From an uncultured Leptospiraceae bacterium (GTDB lineage Bacteria; Spirochaetota; UBA4802; UB4802), in contig CAYFSO010000002.1 of NCBI GenBank assembly GCA_964345775.1, forward strand, positions 15,679 through 79,678: a stretch of DNA of 64,000 nucleotides, read 5' to 3'. The notes under the pieces were generated by a model. That model was not told the origin of the DNA. It searched no databases and saw only the letters and a program-made list of their open reading frames with translations. A program made the translations under genes and the position numbers. Positions 12,434-23,087 of the stretch are shown here, in pieces (the first letter of the stretch is position 1; every line of letters starts with the position of its first letter).

Positions 12434-13270
12434 ATGAAGATAATAGATTTCCATACACATATCTTTCCCCCCCGTCTTGTACAGGACAGGTCTTCCTTCC
12501 TTGAAGATGAGCAGTTGTACTGCATATACCGGGAAGAACGGGCACGACTGGCCACACTTGAAGACCTGCTGGGGTACATGGATGAAGAAGGGGTAAACGG
12601 GGCGGTTGCCATGGGATTTACCTGGCAGATCCCCCGGTATGCGGAGCTACATAACAGGTACCTTGCCGAGGCACAGGAAACCGGCAGGAAGAAAATATGG
12701 TCATTTGGATCAATAGCCCTTGAGCCGGGAACCATACAAAACCAGGTGAAAATGATACATGAAATGGGGCTTGCCGGCATAGGTGAGATCTCGTTTTACA
12801 GGGAAGGAATGAAAGGTAAAAGCCCGGAGATCCTGGCAACGGTGCTGGCAGAAGGATGCAGGTATAATTTGCCGGTATGTATTCACGTGAACGAGCCCGT
12901 GGGTCACCTGTACAGCGGGAAGTACAGTCCCGACATAGAAATGCTGTACCAGATCATAACGCAATACAGGGAGATCCCCGTTATTCTCTCTCACTGGGGG
13001 GGTGGGCTTCTTTTTTACGAATTGATGAAGGAAGTACAGCGTGACCTCTCGCACGTATACTATGACATGGCGGCCACTCCTTTCCTGTATAACGAGAAGA
13101 TCTACCGCCTGGCTGTTGATATCTGCGGAGGAGAAAAGCTCTTGTTTGGTACAGATTTTCCACTGCTGAGAACAGGCAGGTACATTGATCCTATCGAACG
13201 CATGGTTACAGATCCAGAAACCCGGAACTTTATCTTACATAAAAACGCGTTTCGTATTCTGGGAAACTGA
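12434..13270 (+). CDS. Amidohydrolase-family metal-dependent hydrolase (TIM-barrel)
   Basis: N-terminal IDFHTHIFP metal-binding HxH motif and later His/Asp residues typical of amidohydrolase_2. Confidence 0.6.
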   Translation: MKIIDFHTHIFPPRLVQDRSSFLEDEQLYCIYREERARLATLEDLLGYMDEEGVNGAVAMGFTWQIPRYAELHNRYLAEAQETGRKKIWSFGSIALEPGTIQNQVKMIHEMGLAGIGEISFYREGMKGKSPEILATVLAEGCRYNLPVCIHVNEPVGHLYSGKYSPDIEMLYQIITQYREIPVILSHWGGGLLFYELMKEVQRDLSHVYYDMAATPFLYNEKIYRLAVDICGGEKLLFGTDFPLLRTGRYIDPIERMVTDPETRNFILHKNAFRILGN

Positions 13271-13284
13271 CCGGCCACTGTCAT

Positions 13285-14415
13285 TTACAACGGAACATGC
13301 CAGAATACCGATGCTGCAAGCAACAGTACTGCCAGCACTCCCGCAATGATCATGGCACTTGTGGTAACCGATTTTTTCGGGGTTAGTTCCATCAGGTATA
13401 CTGATAGTGCGCAAAGTACCTGGTACATGATCAATTGTATGGCAAATACAAGAATAAGAACCATCACACCCATTGCCAGGAGAATACTGAGACCAAGCTT
13501 TACCTGTGGAGAAAAACCGGGTGTTGCCGCGCTCCCGGGATCTACCATCTGAGAAAAGACGGAACCGAGAAACTGCGGAATTACCGAGTATATTGACGTA
13601 TCTGTCAAAACAGCGGTTGACCCCAAAAAGAGTACTATTGACCCCAGGGAAAGAAAACCAATCACCAGCATTACAAGCAGGCATAGTACCCTGGAAAAGA
13701 ACAGGTATAGAAGAATGGTAAAATTTTCACGCACTACAAATGAAAAGAAGTTGCGAACAGTATCACGTAAAGAACGCGGCTCGTACGCGATGAACGCACA
13801 GGTGAACCGGGGTGAGGCTGAAAAAACACCAAAGATGATAATAAAGGGTAGAAGTACAGGAAAAAGTACTCCTGCATAAATAAGCCCGTAGGTCTTTAAA
13901 AAGGAGACCGGCAGCAAAACAACGTATACTATAATTGGGAACGCGGCCAGCAGCAGCAGTTTTGGGAAATCTTTTTTAAATTCAGGGGTAACCACAGATA
14001 GTGAATGGTCTCCCGGGTATCGTATCCTTTTCATGGTGAAAGATGCCATGTAGTAAGCCGCTGTTAGAAAGAAGAGATACAGTATGAAAAAAACAAGAAT
14101 CCAAAGCCCGGCGGTTCCCGCTTTGGGGAAAAAAAAAAAATCCATTTTTCCAGGAAAAACAAGTAAAAAAATGGAAAAAAAACCAGCCGTTAAAATAATA
14201 TAGGATACCGCCACAAAAAGCAGCCTGGCACTGCAGCTGAACGGTATGGCTTCCCATAATTCACCTATTGACCCTTTCAGGGACATGGCCCGGGATCGGC
14301 GGTCTATGACGACGCGATGACCGCATTCTTCACAGTAGAAGTAGGTCTTTTTTCCCTGTACATCCTGGTCGGGGAGAGAATACTGGTGGCTGCATTGTGG
14401 ACAAGTGATGTTCAT
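13285..14415 (-). CDS. Zinc-ribbon (CxxC-x17-CxxC) N-terminal domain fused to a polytopic Phe-rich membrane protein
   Basis: MNITCPQCSHQY...YCEECGH zinc ribbon followed by about 8 predicted TM helices. Consistent codon usage. Confidence 0.6.
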   Translation of the reverse strand: MNITCPQCSHQYSLPDQDVQGKKTYFYCEECGHRVVIDRRSRAMSLKGSIGELWEAIPFSCSARLLFVAVSYIILTAGFFSIFLLVFPGKMDFFFFPKAGTAGLWILVFFILYLFFLTAAYYMASFTMKRIRYPGDHSLSVVTPEFKKDFPKLLLLAAFPIIVYVVLLPVSFLKTYGLIYAGVLFPVLLPFIIIFGVFSASPRFTCAFIAYEPRSLRDTVRNFFSFVVRENFTILLYLFFSRVLCLLVMLVIGFLSLGSIVLFLGSTAVLTDTSIYSVIPQFLGSVFSQMVDPGSAATPGFSPQVKLGLSILLAMGVMVLILVFAIQLIMYQVLCALSVYLMELTPKKSVTTSAMIIAGVLAVLLLAASVFWHVPL

Positions 14416-14433
14416 GATACCGGCCTCTTTTAA

Positions 14434-14715
14434 TTATTCTGAGTACAGGTCACTGTACATCTTCATTCTCAATTTACCAAGCGTTCCCTTGAGTTCAGGG
14501 TTGTGTTCAATCTTTTTCTCGTACCTGTTGTACTGGTCAACGCTGACACCATGCTTTCTGATTATGCGGTTCACGGTCTGTTCTTTCATATCCGAGTTAA
14601 GAATCTCCGTTTCAATTTCCAGAAAAAGCTCCGGTGTGAGAGATTTTGCGTCAACTGAAACGGGAAGAATCTGTAAAATCAGGGTGATAGACAATGCGGC
14701 ATATAATAGTCTCAT
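14434..14715 (-). CDS. Small secreted protein (signal peptide MRLLYAALSITLILQILPVSVDA)
   Basis: About 93 aa with an N-terminal signal peptide. Lies immediately upstream of the membrane protein gene on the same strand. Confidence 0.4.
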   Translation of the reverse strand: MRLLYAALSITLILQILPVSVDAKSLTPELFLEIETEILNSDMKEQTVNRIIRKHGVSVDQYNRYEKKIEHNPELKGTLGKLRMKMYSDLYSE

Positions 14716-14857
14716 ACAAACTCCAGTTCCGGTTTTACAATTAATGGTGGTTTTAACTCGGCGAAAAGTCAAGAATAAATGTTGCTTGATATATTGGCAC
14801 CGTGATATGAATGTGATACCTTAACAATTGATAATTTACCTGTACAAGGAGCAGCAC

Positions 14858-16165
14858 ATGATTCCCGTAAAAGAATTGAAAAACCTTACCACCGCTGAGA
14901 GAGACCAGCTCTTTAACCGCTTTGGTGAAGATTTCAGCAGTGTAATGATAAACAACGTGGTTCCCATCGTTACAGATGTACGGAAAAGGGGTGACCAGGC
15001 TGTGAAGGATTATACCGCGAAGTTTGATGGTGTATCACTTGAAGCGGTTATGGCGTCCGAAGAGGAAATAGAAAAAGCGTATACGAACACACCTGGCCGG
15101 ATTCTGGAAGCATTCAAAAAAGCCCGTGACAACGTATGGGAATTTCATTCGCATCAGAAGCGTGATTCTATAATTTATTCCAGGGAGGACGGCACCACCC
15201 TGGGGATGATGTACCAGCCCATCGAGAAGGCGGGTATATATGTACCCGGGGGTAAGGCGTCCTATCCTTCCTCGGTGGTTATGGGGGTTGTTCCGGCACA
15301 GATCGCCGGTTGTAGAGAGATCACTGTTATCACCCCGCCTGATGATAATGGTGGAGTGCCAGATGCCATCGGTGCGGTGTGTCGTGTTCTTGGCGTTACC
15401 AGCATACTCAAGTCAGGCGGTGCTCATGGTGTGGCGGCAGCTGCCTTTGGCACCGGGACGGTGCCCTCCTCTGATATCATAGTGGGACCGGGAAATATCT
15501 ATGTCACCGCCGCAAAGACATACCTTTTCAGCCTGGGTGTTATACAGATAGACTCCATGGCAGGACCAAGCGAGGTGCTTGTTATCGCGGATGATCATGC
15601 CGACCCGGAATGGGTTGCAACAGATCTTCTTTCACAGGCCGAGCACGAGGAACGCGCCATCGCCCTGCTGGTTACCACGTCCAGGGAACTGGCAGATAAG
15701 GTGAAAGACAGCATACAGAAGGACATTGAAAGCGGGTCAGGGCGGCACCAGATAAAGAGATCATCCATAGAGAGCAGCGGCCTCATTCTTGTGGCAGATA
15801 CACTTGAAGAATGCATAGAGTTCTCAAACAGGTACGGACCGGAGCACATGGAACTGATGGTGCAGAATCCACTTGAGCACCTGACGTCCATAAAGAATGT
15901 CGGATCGCTGTTCCTTGGGAACCATGCGCCTGTTGCTGTTGGCGATTATTATTCGGGAACCAATCACGTCCTGCCAACCGGGGGGGCTGCCAGGTATTCT
16001 TCAGGGCTGGGTGTTGAAACGTTTCTGCGGCGAACTTCCTTTCAGTTTCTCACGGAAAAGGGGTTAAAAGAGGCAGAGGGATCTGTTACCACCATGGCTG
16101 AAGTTGAGGGGTTCGATGACAAGCACGGAGGTTCTGTCAGGATACGGTTTCAGCCCGGGGAATAA
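14858..16165 (+). CDS. hisD: Histidinol dehydrogenase
   Basis: Conserved HisD motifs (SQAEHE, GPEH, zinc ligands) at about 435 aa. Confidence 0.93.
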   Translation: MIPVKELKNLTTAERDQLFNRFGEDFSSVMINNVVPIVTDVRKRGDQAVKDYTAKFDGVSLEAVMASEEEIEKAYTNTPGRILEAFKKARDNVWEFHSHQKRDSIIYSREDGTTLGMMYQPIEKAGIYVPGGKASYPSSVVMGVVPAQIAGCREITVITPPDDNGGVPDAIGAVCRVLGVTSILKSGGAHGVAAAAFGTGTVPSSDIIVGPGNIYVTAAKTYLFSLGVIQIDSMAGPSEVLVIADDHADPEWVATDLLSQAEHEERAIALLVTTSRELADKVKDSIQKDIESGSGRHQIKRSSIESSGLILVADTLEECIEFSNRYGPEHMELMVQNPLEHLTSIKNVGSLFLGNHAPVAVGDYYSGTNHVLPTGGAARYSSGLGVETFLRRTSFQFLTEKGLKEAEGSVTTMAEVEGFDDKHGGSVRIRFQPGE

Positions 16166-16826
16166 TGGTGAACTTGATCCGAACGGTCTTCATGGTGAAG
16201 CTTGTAAACCGGTCGGGACGCATGCTGAGAAGATCAACATCGAGGTAGGTCTGGTCATTCAGGCCGGGTGGGATGTATACTTCAAGGTTGGTGGTGCTCG
16301 ATATGCGGCCCACACCGTGACAAAGGTGGCAGTCCCTGTCACCGCCGTAACAAAGCGGGCAGCTAACCCGCGAAGGCAGTTCAACGTAGGCAACGGCCCC
16401 TTTTGACGCCTCATCCGGTGTGACAAATATCTCGATATCCTGGCCGAAGTTGTAGATACGGTCCCGGCGACGTATCTTCCTGTTCAGAAGACGTGATTGC
16501 AAAAGATCCTTCAGTGAAAATGAATATTTTACCCGTTTACGCGGGATGACAACATGATGCGCTTCAACCGGCGCTGCCACCTGCTGGAGTTGCGAATCGT
16601 ACCGCAACCGTGTTCCGTCATCCATGAGGGTTCGATATGCCTGTACAAGTGTGCACAGGGCTTCCCGTACCTCTATGGAATCGGTTCCCGTTATGTCAGG
16701 GTGCAGCAGCTTGATCCTGCTGCAGAAGGATGCACGTATGGCATCTCTTGATGCTTCCCGTGGAAGATTCAGCAGGTTATAATAATTGATAAAATTTCCG
16801 GACGTGTCAAAATGTGTCTGGGTCAT
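16137..16826 (-). CDS. J-domain (DnaJ-like) protein with C-terminal CxxC..CxxC zinc finger
   Basis: N-terminal J domain with HPD motif (LLHPDITG) and C-terminal CPLCYGGDRDCHLCHG. Confidence 0.7.
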   Translation of the reverse strand: MTQTHFDTSGNFINYYNLLNLPREASRDAIRASFCSRIKLLHPDITGTDSIEVREALCTLVQAYRTLMDDGTRLRYDSQLQQVAAPVEAHHVVIPRKRVKYSFSLKDLLQSRLLNRKIRRRDRIYNFGQDIEIFVTPDEASKGAVAYVELPSRVSCPLCYGGDRDCHLCHGVGRISSTTNLEVYIPPGLNDQTYLDVDLLSMRPDRFTSFTMKTVRIKFTIIPRAETVS

Positions 16827-16886
16827 GCAGGTCTCCCCGTGTGTTCGCGTATATTGAAAATATATTGTTTCGGGTTAGTTTTAACA

Positions 16887-17615
16887 ATGAAAATAACAGG
16901 TCCGGAAAATTTTTTTACACAACGTTCCCTGTGCCAGCCGGGAAACGGGAAAGGGTGCAGCGCCTGCTGCGGTTTGTTCAACCTGGATGACATCTCAAGG
17001 GACAGCTGCCGGGAACTGCTGACGGTTTGCACCGAAAGCTTTAATAACAATACCCTGGCGCTCCCGTTTGGAGAAGAAAGAATGCAGATAGAGGCGGGTT
17101 TTCGGCCGCGTGATGCAACCTCTCATATCTGTCCATTCCAGGGGTTTATCACAACGGGTACCCCGGGATGTCTTGCCCACCCGGCAGCCAACAAGGGTAC
17201 AGATTACAGGAAGTTCTCGCTGTTTGGCAGCAAAATTTGCGGTGACTATCTCTGCCCGGCGCACGCTATTCTGGATGATGGGGCAGCGTCCATCCTTGTT
17301 GAATGTACTGATGACTGGTATACATACAGCGTGGGTGTCATAGATCCGTATTCTCTTCTGTGGATAATAGACATCTGCAGGAAACTTAAGGGTGAGATGG
17401 TGTTCACCCTTTCACCAGGAAAGGAAGAAGGGATACGTCTTCTCTCGGGTTCACTTGAAATTCACTCGGAATTTCTAAATACTCGAAAAACCCCCGTTTT
17501 TCATTACGGCCTGTCAGAATATTCGGCCTCATCGGTGCACTTTTCGCTGGCATCACCAGGGACTGAAATGGATGAAGAACGGGAAATGGTCCGTTCATTT
17601 ATCCGGGATGGGTAA
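16887..17615 (+). CDS. Cys-rich hypothetical protein (possible YkgJ-like metal-chelating CxxCC motif)
   Basis: C-x6-C-x2-CC near the N-terminus plus several more Cys/His. Start taken at the internal MKITGPE. Confidence 0.4.
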   Translation: MKITGPENFFTQRSLCQPGNGKGCSACCGLFNLDDISRDSCRELLTVCTESFNNNTLALPFGEERMQIEAGFRPRDATSHICPFQGFITTGTPGCLAHPAANKGTDYRKFSLFGSKICGDYLCPAHAILDDGAASILVECTDDWYTYSVGVIDPYSLLWIIDICRKLKGEMVFTLSPGKEEGIRLLSGSLEIHSEFLNTRKTPVFHYGLSEYSASSVHFSLASPGTEMDEEREMVRSFIRDG

Positions 17616-17617
17616 TT

Positions 17618-18706
17618 CTACTCATTTTTTTGCCGCATGATGTCCACAACTTCCCGTACCTGCTGGGCGGAGTCCTTGTCCATTACCAGTACGTCATCGC
17701 CAGCTTCGACGATCACCACGTTGTTCAACCCAACAACGGCCACGCGACGCTGCTCGGTAAACACCGAACAGTCCCTGGAATTATGGAAGAGAACCCTGTC
17801 AGGAGCCGGTGTCCTGTTCATGCCCTCGTCAGGCTGGAGGATATCGTCGATGGAAGGCCAGCTGCCAAGATCGGCCCAGCCAAACTCACCGGGAATGACA
17901 ACCCTGCGGTCGGCTTTTTCCATGATCCCGTAATCAATAGAAATTGACTCAAGGGGTTCGAAAACACTGGTTATTGTTTCCCGTGCCTCTCCCCCACGTG
18001 CTTCAAGCTGTTCCATTGAAAGCTGCCGCATTGGCTCAAAGGCACTGTACAATTTGGGCATCAGCTTCTTGAAGCATTCAATTATTACAGATACTTTCCA
18101 GACGAATATGCCGCTGTTCCAGTAATAGTTGCCTTCCAGAAGGTATTTCTTTGCGGTTTCCAGGTCTGGCTTTTCAACGAACATGTCAACCTGCCTGGCT
18201 TCACCCGGTTCCTGGAAGGCCTTGATATACCCGTAGCCTGTTTCAGGATACGTGGGTGTGACACCAATGGTAACAAGCCTGTCCTCTTCTGCCTGCTGAA
18301 CGGCTTTTTCCATTATGCGGATAAACTGGTCTGGGAATTTAATATAGTGATCGGCGGGTAGTACCGCCATGATGGCATCGTCAAATTTTTTCTGGAGAAA
18401 GGTTGCAGCGTAGAGAACTGCAGCGGCGGTGTTTCGCGGAAACGGTTCTCCGATGATGGATCCGGCTACTCCAGCCTTTCGCATCTCCTTGTCGGATGCC
18501 TCTTCGTATGCCCCGGAGGTGACGATGAGGCAGTACTCCGGGCTGAGGGGGGTCATCCTGCGTATGGTCATTTCAAGCAGTGTTCCCTCGCCCGAAAGGT
18601 TATGAAACTGCTTGGGTTTATCTTCACGGCTCAGGGGCCACAGGCGCTTTCCCGCCCCGCCTGCCAGTATTACAGGGATAAAGTCCATTGGGTATCTCCG
18701 GTCCAA
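17618..18706 (-). CDS. Mannose-1-phosphate guanylyltransferase (GDP-mannose pyrophosphorylase)
   Basis: N-terminal nucleotidyltransferase motif ILAGGAGKRLWPLSR at about 360 aa. Confidence 0.85.
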   Translation of the reverse strand: MDRRYPMDFIPVILAGGAGKRLWPLSREDKPKQFHNLSGEGTLLEMTIRRMTPLSPEYCLIVTSGAYEEASDKEMRKAGVAGSIIGEPFPRNTAAAVLYAATFLQKKFDDAIMAVLPADHYIKFPDQFIRIMEKAVQQAEEDRLVTIGVTPTYPETGYGYIKAFQEPGEARQVDMFVEKPDLETAKKYLLEGNYYWNSGIFVWKVSVIIECFKKLMPKLYSAFEPMRQLSMEQLEARGGEARETITSVFEPLESISIDYGIMEKADRRVVIPGEFGWADLGSWPSIDDILQPDEGMNRTPAPDRVLFHNSRDCSVFTEQRRVAVVGLNNVVIVEAGDDVLVMDKDSAQQVREVVDIMRQKNE

Positions 18707-18771
18707 GTAAAGTTCTCACATGTGTACCAATGGCTGCCTTGTTGTCAACAAGTTAACAGCACGGATGGGGG

Positions 18772-19758
18772 TTACCAGTCCACACCTCCATTCTCATCAA
18801 AGTTGAGCATGAGGGGGGCCTTTTTTACCGAAGATGGAAGCTTGAGGGCAGCCTGTCCCTTCAGCTTGTAATCGGCACTGCTTCGTTTCAACGCCTGCTG
18901 AATGTTGGAACTGAGCTTTCTTGAAGAGAATGTGTTCATTACCCTGATAACCGACGTGGTGCCCCGCCTGTATGTTTTGTCCGTGGTTCCGGTTATGAGA
19001 TTTTCGTCATCCATGAAAAAGTTGTATGTGCAACTGGTAAAGTTCATGGCGGCACGGGTCTCGTTTTTAAGTACAATATCGAAACTCATCTTTATGGGTA
19101 TATCAATTTTTGAGGGATCTATAGACGAGGAGCTGCTCTTCCCCGACAGAAGGGAGTCCAGCATGCCGTAGGCCTGGCTGGCGCTGACACCTGACCGCTG
19201 CTGCGCGAGGGATTCCATGACCTCCTTCATGGAAGGCATGTGAAGCTTGAAGTTTTTCAACGCCAGGGTTGGTTTCAACGCGGGCATCTTCTTTTTCACG
19301 CTGTAGGGGAATGTCATCGACGGGGGCACACCCGGAATGCCCAGGCTTGGCACCTTCACCAGGATGTCTCCCTTGATGGTGCAGTTTATGTAATCCCGTC
19401 TTGTGTAGTTCTTTACAGCCCTGGCAAGCTCCCGGTAGGTGATGGTGACACTGAGAGGTGTTGTGCTGGAGGATTGCCGTTCTACCCTGATCTCTTTGCT
19501 GGTTTTCGAACTGAACACCCGGTCGTTCTCAACAAGAAAATCAAAGGTGACCCCTGCAAGCCTGATGGTAACGGGATACGGGTTGTCTATGGCCACGTCG
19601 AACAAGAAGGTTATGTCCTGCAAAGAAATGGACTCGATGTCAACACCGGTAATACGGGCGGTTGGCTTTTTCTCGAACATGGCAGGATCAAAACTGGCAC
19701 ACTGAATCAGCATCGAGGCTGTTATTATAAGAAAGAAGGGAAGCAGTTTCTTTTTCAT
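18772..19758 (-). CDS. Putative lipoprotein, function unknown (two repeated beta-rich modules)
   Basis: Signal peptide with lipobox-like LIQC. No recognisable catalytic motif. Confidence 0.45.
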   Translation of the reverse strand: MKKKLLPFFLIITASMLIQCASFDPAMFEKKPTARITGVDIESISLQDITFLFDVAIDNPYPVTIRLAGVTFDFLVENDRVFSSKTSKEIRVERQSSSTTPLSVTITYRELARAVKNYTRRDYINCTIKGDILVKVPSLGIPGVPPSMTFPYSVKKKMPALKPTLALKNFKLHMPSMKEVMESLAQQRSGVSASQAYGMLDSLLSGKSSSSSIDPSKIDIPIKMSFDIVLKNETRAAMNFTSCTYNFFMDDENLITGTTDKTYRRGTTSVIRVMNTFSSRKLSSNIQQALKRSSADYKLKGQAALKLPSSVKKAPLMLNFDENGGVDW

Positions 19759-19872
19759 GGAAATCCTCCTGGGATCTGTTTGTATGAGATCGAAGCGAGT
19801 ATAAAACAAGCCATAACGGGTGTCAAGCAAAGCCCGGTTTTGTTTTGTACTTGAAAGAGAGAGGGGGGTCTG

Positions 19873-20721
19873 TTGTATAATTGTTTTTTACGTGAACCAG
19901 GAGGACTTTACGGGGTGACAGGAAAAAAAGTATCATTGTATTTTCTTGCCGGTATCCTGCTTTTGTGTGCCGTGCAACAGGACGGGTGGGCACAGAGAAC
20001 CAAAAGCAGTCAAAGTGCCGGTGAACAGCGAAAGGCGGAGAAGGGGCTTAAAGATAACAAGTACTTCTTCTACTTCATCGACTCAACTGTTTCTAACTTC
20101 GGGAGCGAAGAAGAAAAGGAGATCTTCAGGGAAGCAATTCAGCGCCATATAATGGCCCGTTTCCTGTACATGAAGTTCAGGTTCAGTGAATCATACAGGG
20201 AGATACGGAGATCGCAGGAACTGCTGATCAAGGTGTACAGAAGTACTTTAAAACGGGATCTTGAGAATACCATGTCCCTTCTGAACGGTTTTGCAGGACT
20301 GATCGCAGGTTCAGAGGCAGTAAGGCCCAGGCATTACCTGCACCTGGGATACAGGGACAAGAAAGTGGCGGAAACTCATATGATGATGGCTGATAATTAC
20401 AGGGAGAGCCTGCTGTCGATGCGGCTGTACAAGTACGTGCGGGCCATAAAGAAGGCCAAGCACGGGAAACGCTATGCCTTCCTTGCCTACATTTATGTAT
20501 CGTCGACTATACGTGAACAGTTTCAGATGAAACCGCTTACCTTTGACAGGATAGAGGATTACATCAACCGGCTTGCAGATGAGAACAGTAAAGATGTGTA
20601 TCTTACCATACATTACGATAATTATTACAGGCTGCATAAGGAACAGTCATTCTATGACAGGGTATGGAACGACCCCTCCCTGCGGGACCTGCCTGAATAC
20701 AGTGAATACATGTCAGAATAG
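19873..20721 (+). CDS. Hypothetical secreted or membrane protein
   Basis: ORF with an N-terminal hydrophobic segment. No recognisable motifs. Confidence 0.35.
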   Translation: MYNCFLREPGGLYGVTGKKVSLYFLAGILLLCAVQQDGWAQRTKSSQSAGEQRKAEKGLKDNKYFFYFIDSTVSNFGSEEEKEIFREAIQRHIMARFLYMKFRFSESYREIRRSQELLIKVYRSTLKRDLENTMSLLNGFAGLIAGSEAVRPRHYLHLGYRDKKVAETHMMMADNYRESLLSMRLYKYVRAIKKAKHGKRYAFLAYIYVSSTIREQFQMKPLTFDRIEDYINRLADENSKDVYLTIHYDNYYRLHKEQSFYDRVWNDPSLRDLPEYSEYMSE

Positions 20722-20747
20722 CGTACAGGTGTTAATTATGAAGAGAA

Positions 20748-23008
20748 TAGCAACCATATTGTTTGTGATCATCATGCTGTCATGTGCACAGCAGGATGGC
20801 CGAACGGACGGGCTTTCCAGCCTGGGTTTTTACGGCAGCAGCAGTGATATCATAAATGAACTTTCATCCCGGAAAAACATGTCATGGAGGGAGCATTTCA
20901 TCCTTGGGCGTGCGTATCATGATGAAAAGAAATACAAGAGTGCCATGCTGCATTATGCCAACAGTTGCTTCAGCAGCCACAGGGATCATGAGCTTACCCT
21001 GTATGCACAACCGGTGTATAGTTTTGTATCAGGATACCATTTCAAGTCTCCCCTGTACGATGAGGCGGTATACATGATAGGGGAATTGTTTTTCCAGTAC
21101 ATGGAATACGAACACGTTATCAAGTTCATGGACCTGCTCGATGCCGACGGGTCCGCGCGTTACAGGGACGGGATCATTCTCATGGCAAAGGCACAGCAAA
21201 AGTTAAAAAAATATGACGACGCAATGAAAACGCTGCAGGATGTGGAGCAGAATTATAGTGATGTCTCGTCCAGGCAGATGATCCGTATTCGACTGGCATC
21301 GGTGAATGAAAAGAAAGATGACCATGAAGGGGCAATTGACTGGTACCTGAAGGTTATTGAAATGGATGGATCAAGCTGGCAGGCAGGCATAGCAGCCAGG
21401 AGAATACGGGACATACTGAAAAAAACCGGTGCAGGGCTTGATAATGAACAGCAGCTTTTACTTGGAACAGGCCTGTACCACGCACGTGAATACAAAGACG
21501 CATCGGGGATACTGGGTAAGCTGGATGACAGGGTTGCCCGGCGGTACCTTGTCCGCTCGCTTGTGCGTGATAAAAAGATGAAGGATGCGGAGAAGGTAAT
21601 TCAGAAGCACCGTGGCAGTGAAAAGGTATACCACTCCCTGCTTTCAACCATGGCAGATGAACTCTGGTCAATGAGACGGCGACACAATGCGTTGTCAATC
21701 TATAGAAAGCTTCTCTCGGCCGGGGAGCCGGAAAGGAAAAAAGCTATTCGAAAAATAGCGTTTTACCAGGAAGAGCGGAAAAGAAAAGATTTTATTACAT
21801 ATGCACGCATGTACGTGAAGGACTATCCCGAAGATCCCTGGTCAGAAAAGCTCCTGTGGCTGATGGCACGTGATTCCCTGGCGAAGGGAAACAAAAAAAA
21901 CGCAATGATCCTCCTTGAGAAATCGGCGAGATCCTTTCCCGGTGGAAGGGATGCTGACCGTGTGCGCTACTGGCTGGTGAAGCTGTATGATGATTTTCAA
22001 AGACGGGATGATGCCAGGAACGTTGAAGTTGAGCTTTTGTCAAGGCACCCCGGCTCATCGTATACATGGATGCACATGGAAAAGATGTCAGGCAGAACAG
22101 ATGTGGATGATTTGAAGAAGAAGTTTGACCAGGCCCTGGAAAACAACCGGGAGGATGAAGTAAAATTTACCCACCTCATGATGCTTTTCATGCAAAAGGA
22201 TTATGATGAATGCAGGAAACGGAGAGAGAAGGTCTTTTCAAGGTCATGGGCAAAGGGCTACGTGGAGTTGATCAAAGGAATAGAGGGAAAGAAGACCAGG
22301 TCGCAATATGCGGACAACATTGCATCAATGGAACCTTTTTTCAGGGTTGGATACCTTGAGGGAATACGAAGGGAAGCGGCCATATTGCCCGGCACCGATG
22401 ACGTGAACCACGACAGGGCATTGATGGCGTTTCACTATGGTTCGGAATACGGCCACCACGCCATCGCCGTGCAGGGGCTCTTAAACCTGTTCAAAGAATA
22501 TGGTGTTGATGAGAATATTGCCCTTCTCCCTGAAAAGGTTGTGACAGAATTGCTTCCCCTTGCATTCAGTGATTGCGTGGAAAAGGCCTCTGCCTATTCA
22601 GGTATAGATAAAAACATGATATATTCGGTTATCAAGGCGGAATCGCTGTATAATCCCCACGCGGTTTCACCGGCAGGTGCCGTAGGGCTTATGCAGTTGA
22701 TGCCGGCCACGGCCAGGGATATTGCCAGTCAGATGAAGCTGAGATCATATGACCTGAAGGACCCGTGCACTTCAATAAAGATGGGGGCACATTACCTGAA
22801 ATGGCTGAAGGGTTATTTTAAAAATGATTTTGAGGACATGGTTGCAGGGTACAATGCGGGTGCCGGGAACGTGAAGAAATGGGATAAGAACCGGGACTAC
22901 GCCGACGATGATTACTTCATTGCCCTGCTTCCCTTTGATGAAACCAGGGGATACATTCTTCGTACACGCAGGTTCTATTTGCAGTACCAGGCCGTATATA
23001 ACGATTAA
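20748..23008 (+). CDS. Soluble lytic murein transglycosylase (Slt-like; TPR/superhelical N-domain plus SLT catalytic domain)
   Basis: Lipoprotein-type signal (MKRIATILFVIIMLSCAQQ). C-terminal SLT motifs ES..NPHAVSPAGAVGLMQLMPATA and AGYNAG. Confidence 0.85.
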
Positions 23009-23087
23009 TGATACAGGTATATTTTTGTTGCCTGAAAATAATTTTCGCGGGTATAGTATAAAGAAGCACGTTAAACGGGGGTTGCTG

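Noticed and set aside
20573-20747. Long N-terminal extension of the Slt ORF as given in the six-frame track
   Set aside because: The track start lies inside the preceding gene. The real start is the Met of the lipoprotein signal peptide MKRIATILF at 20748.
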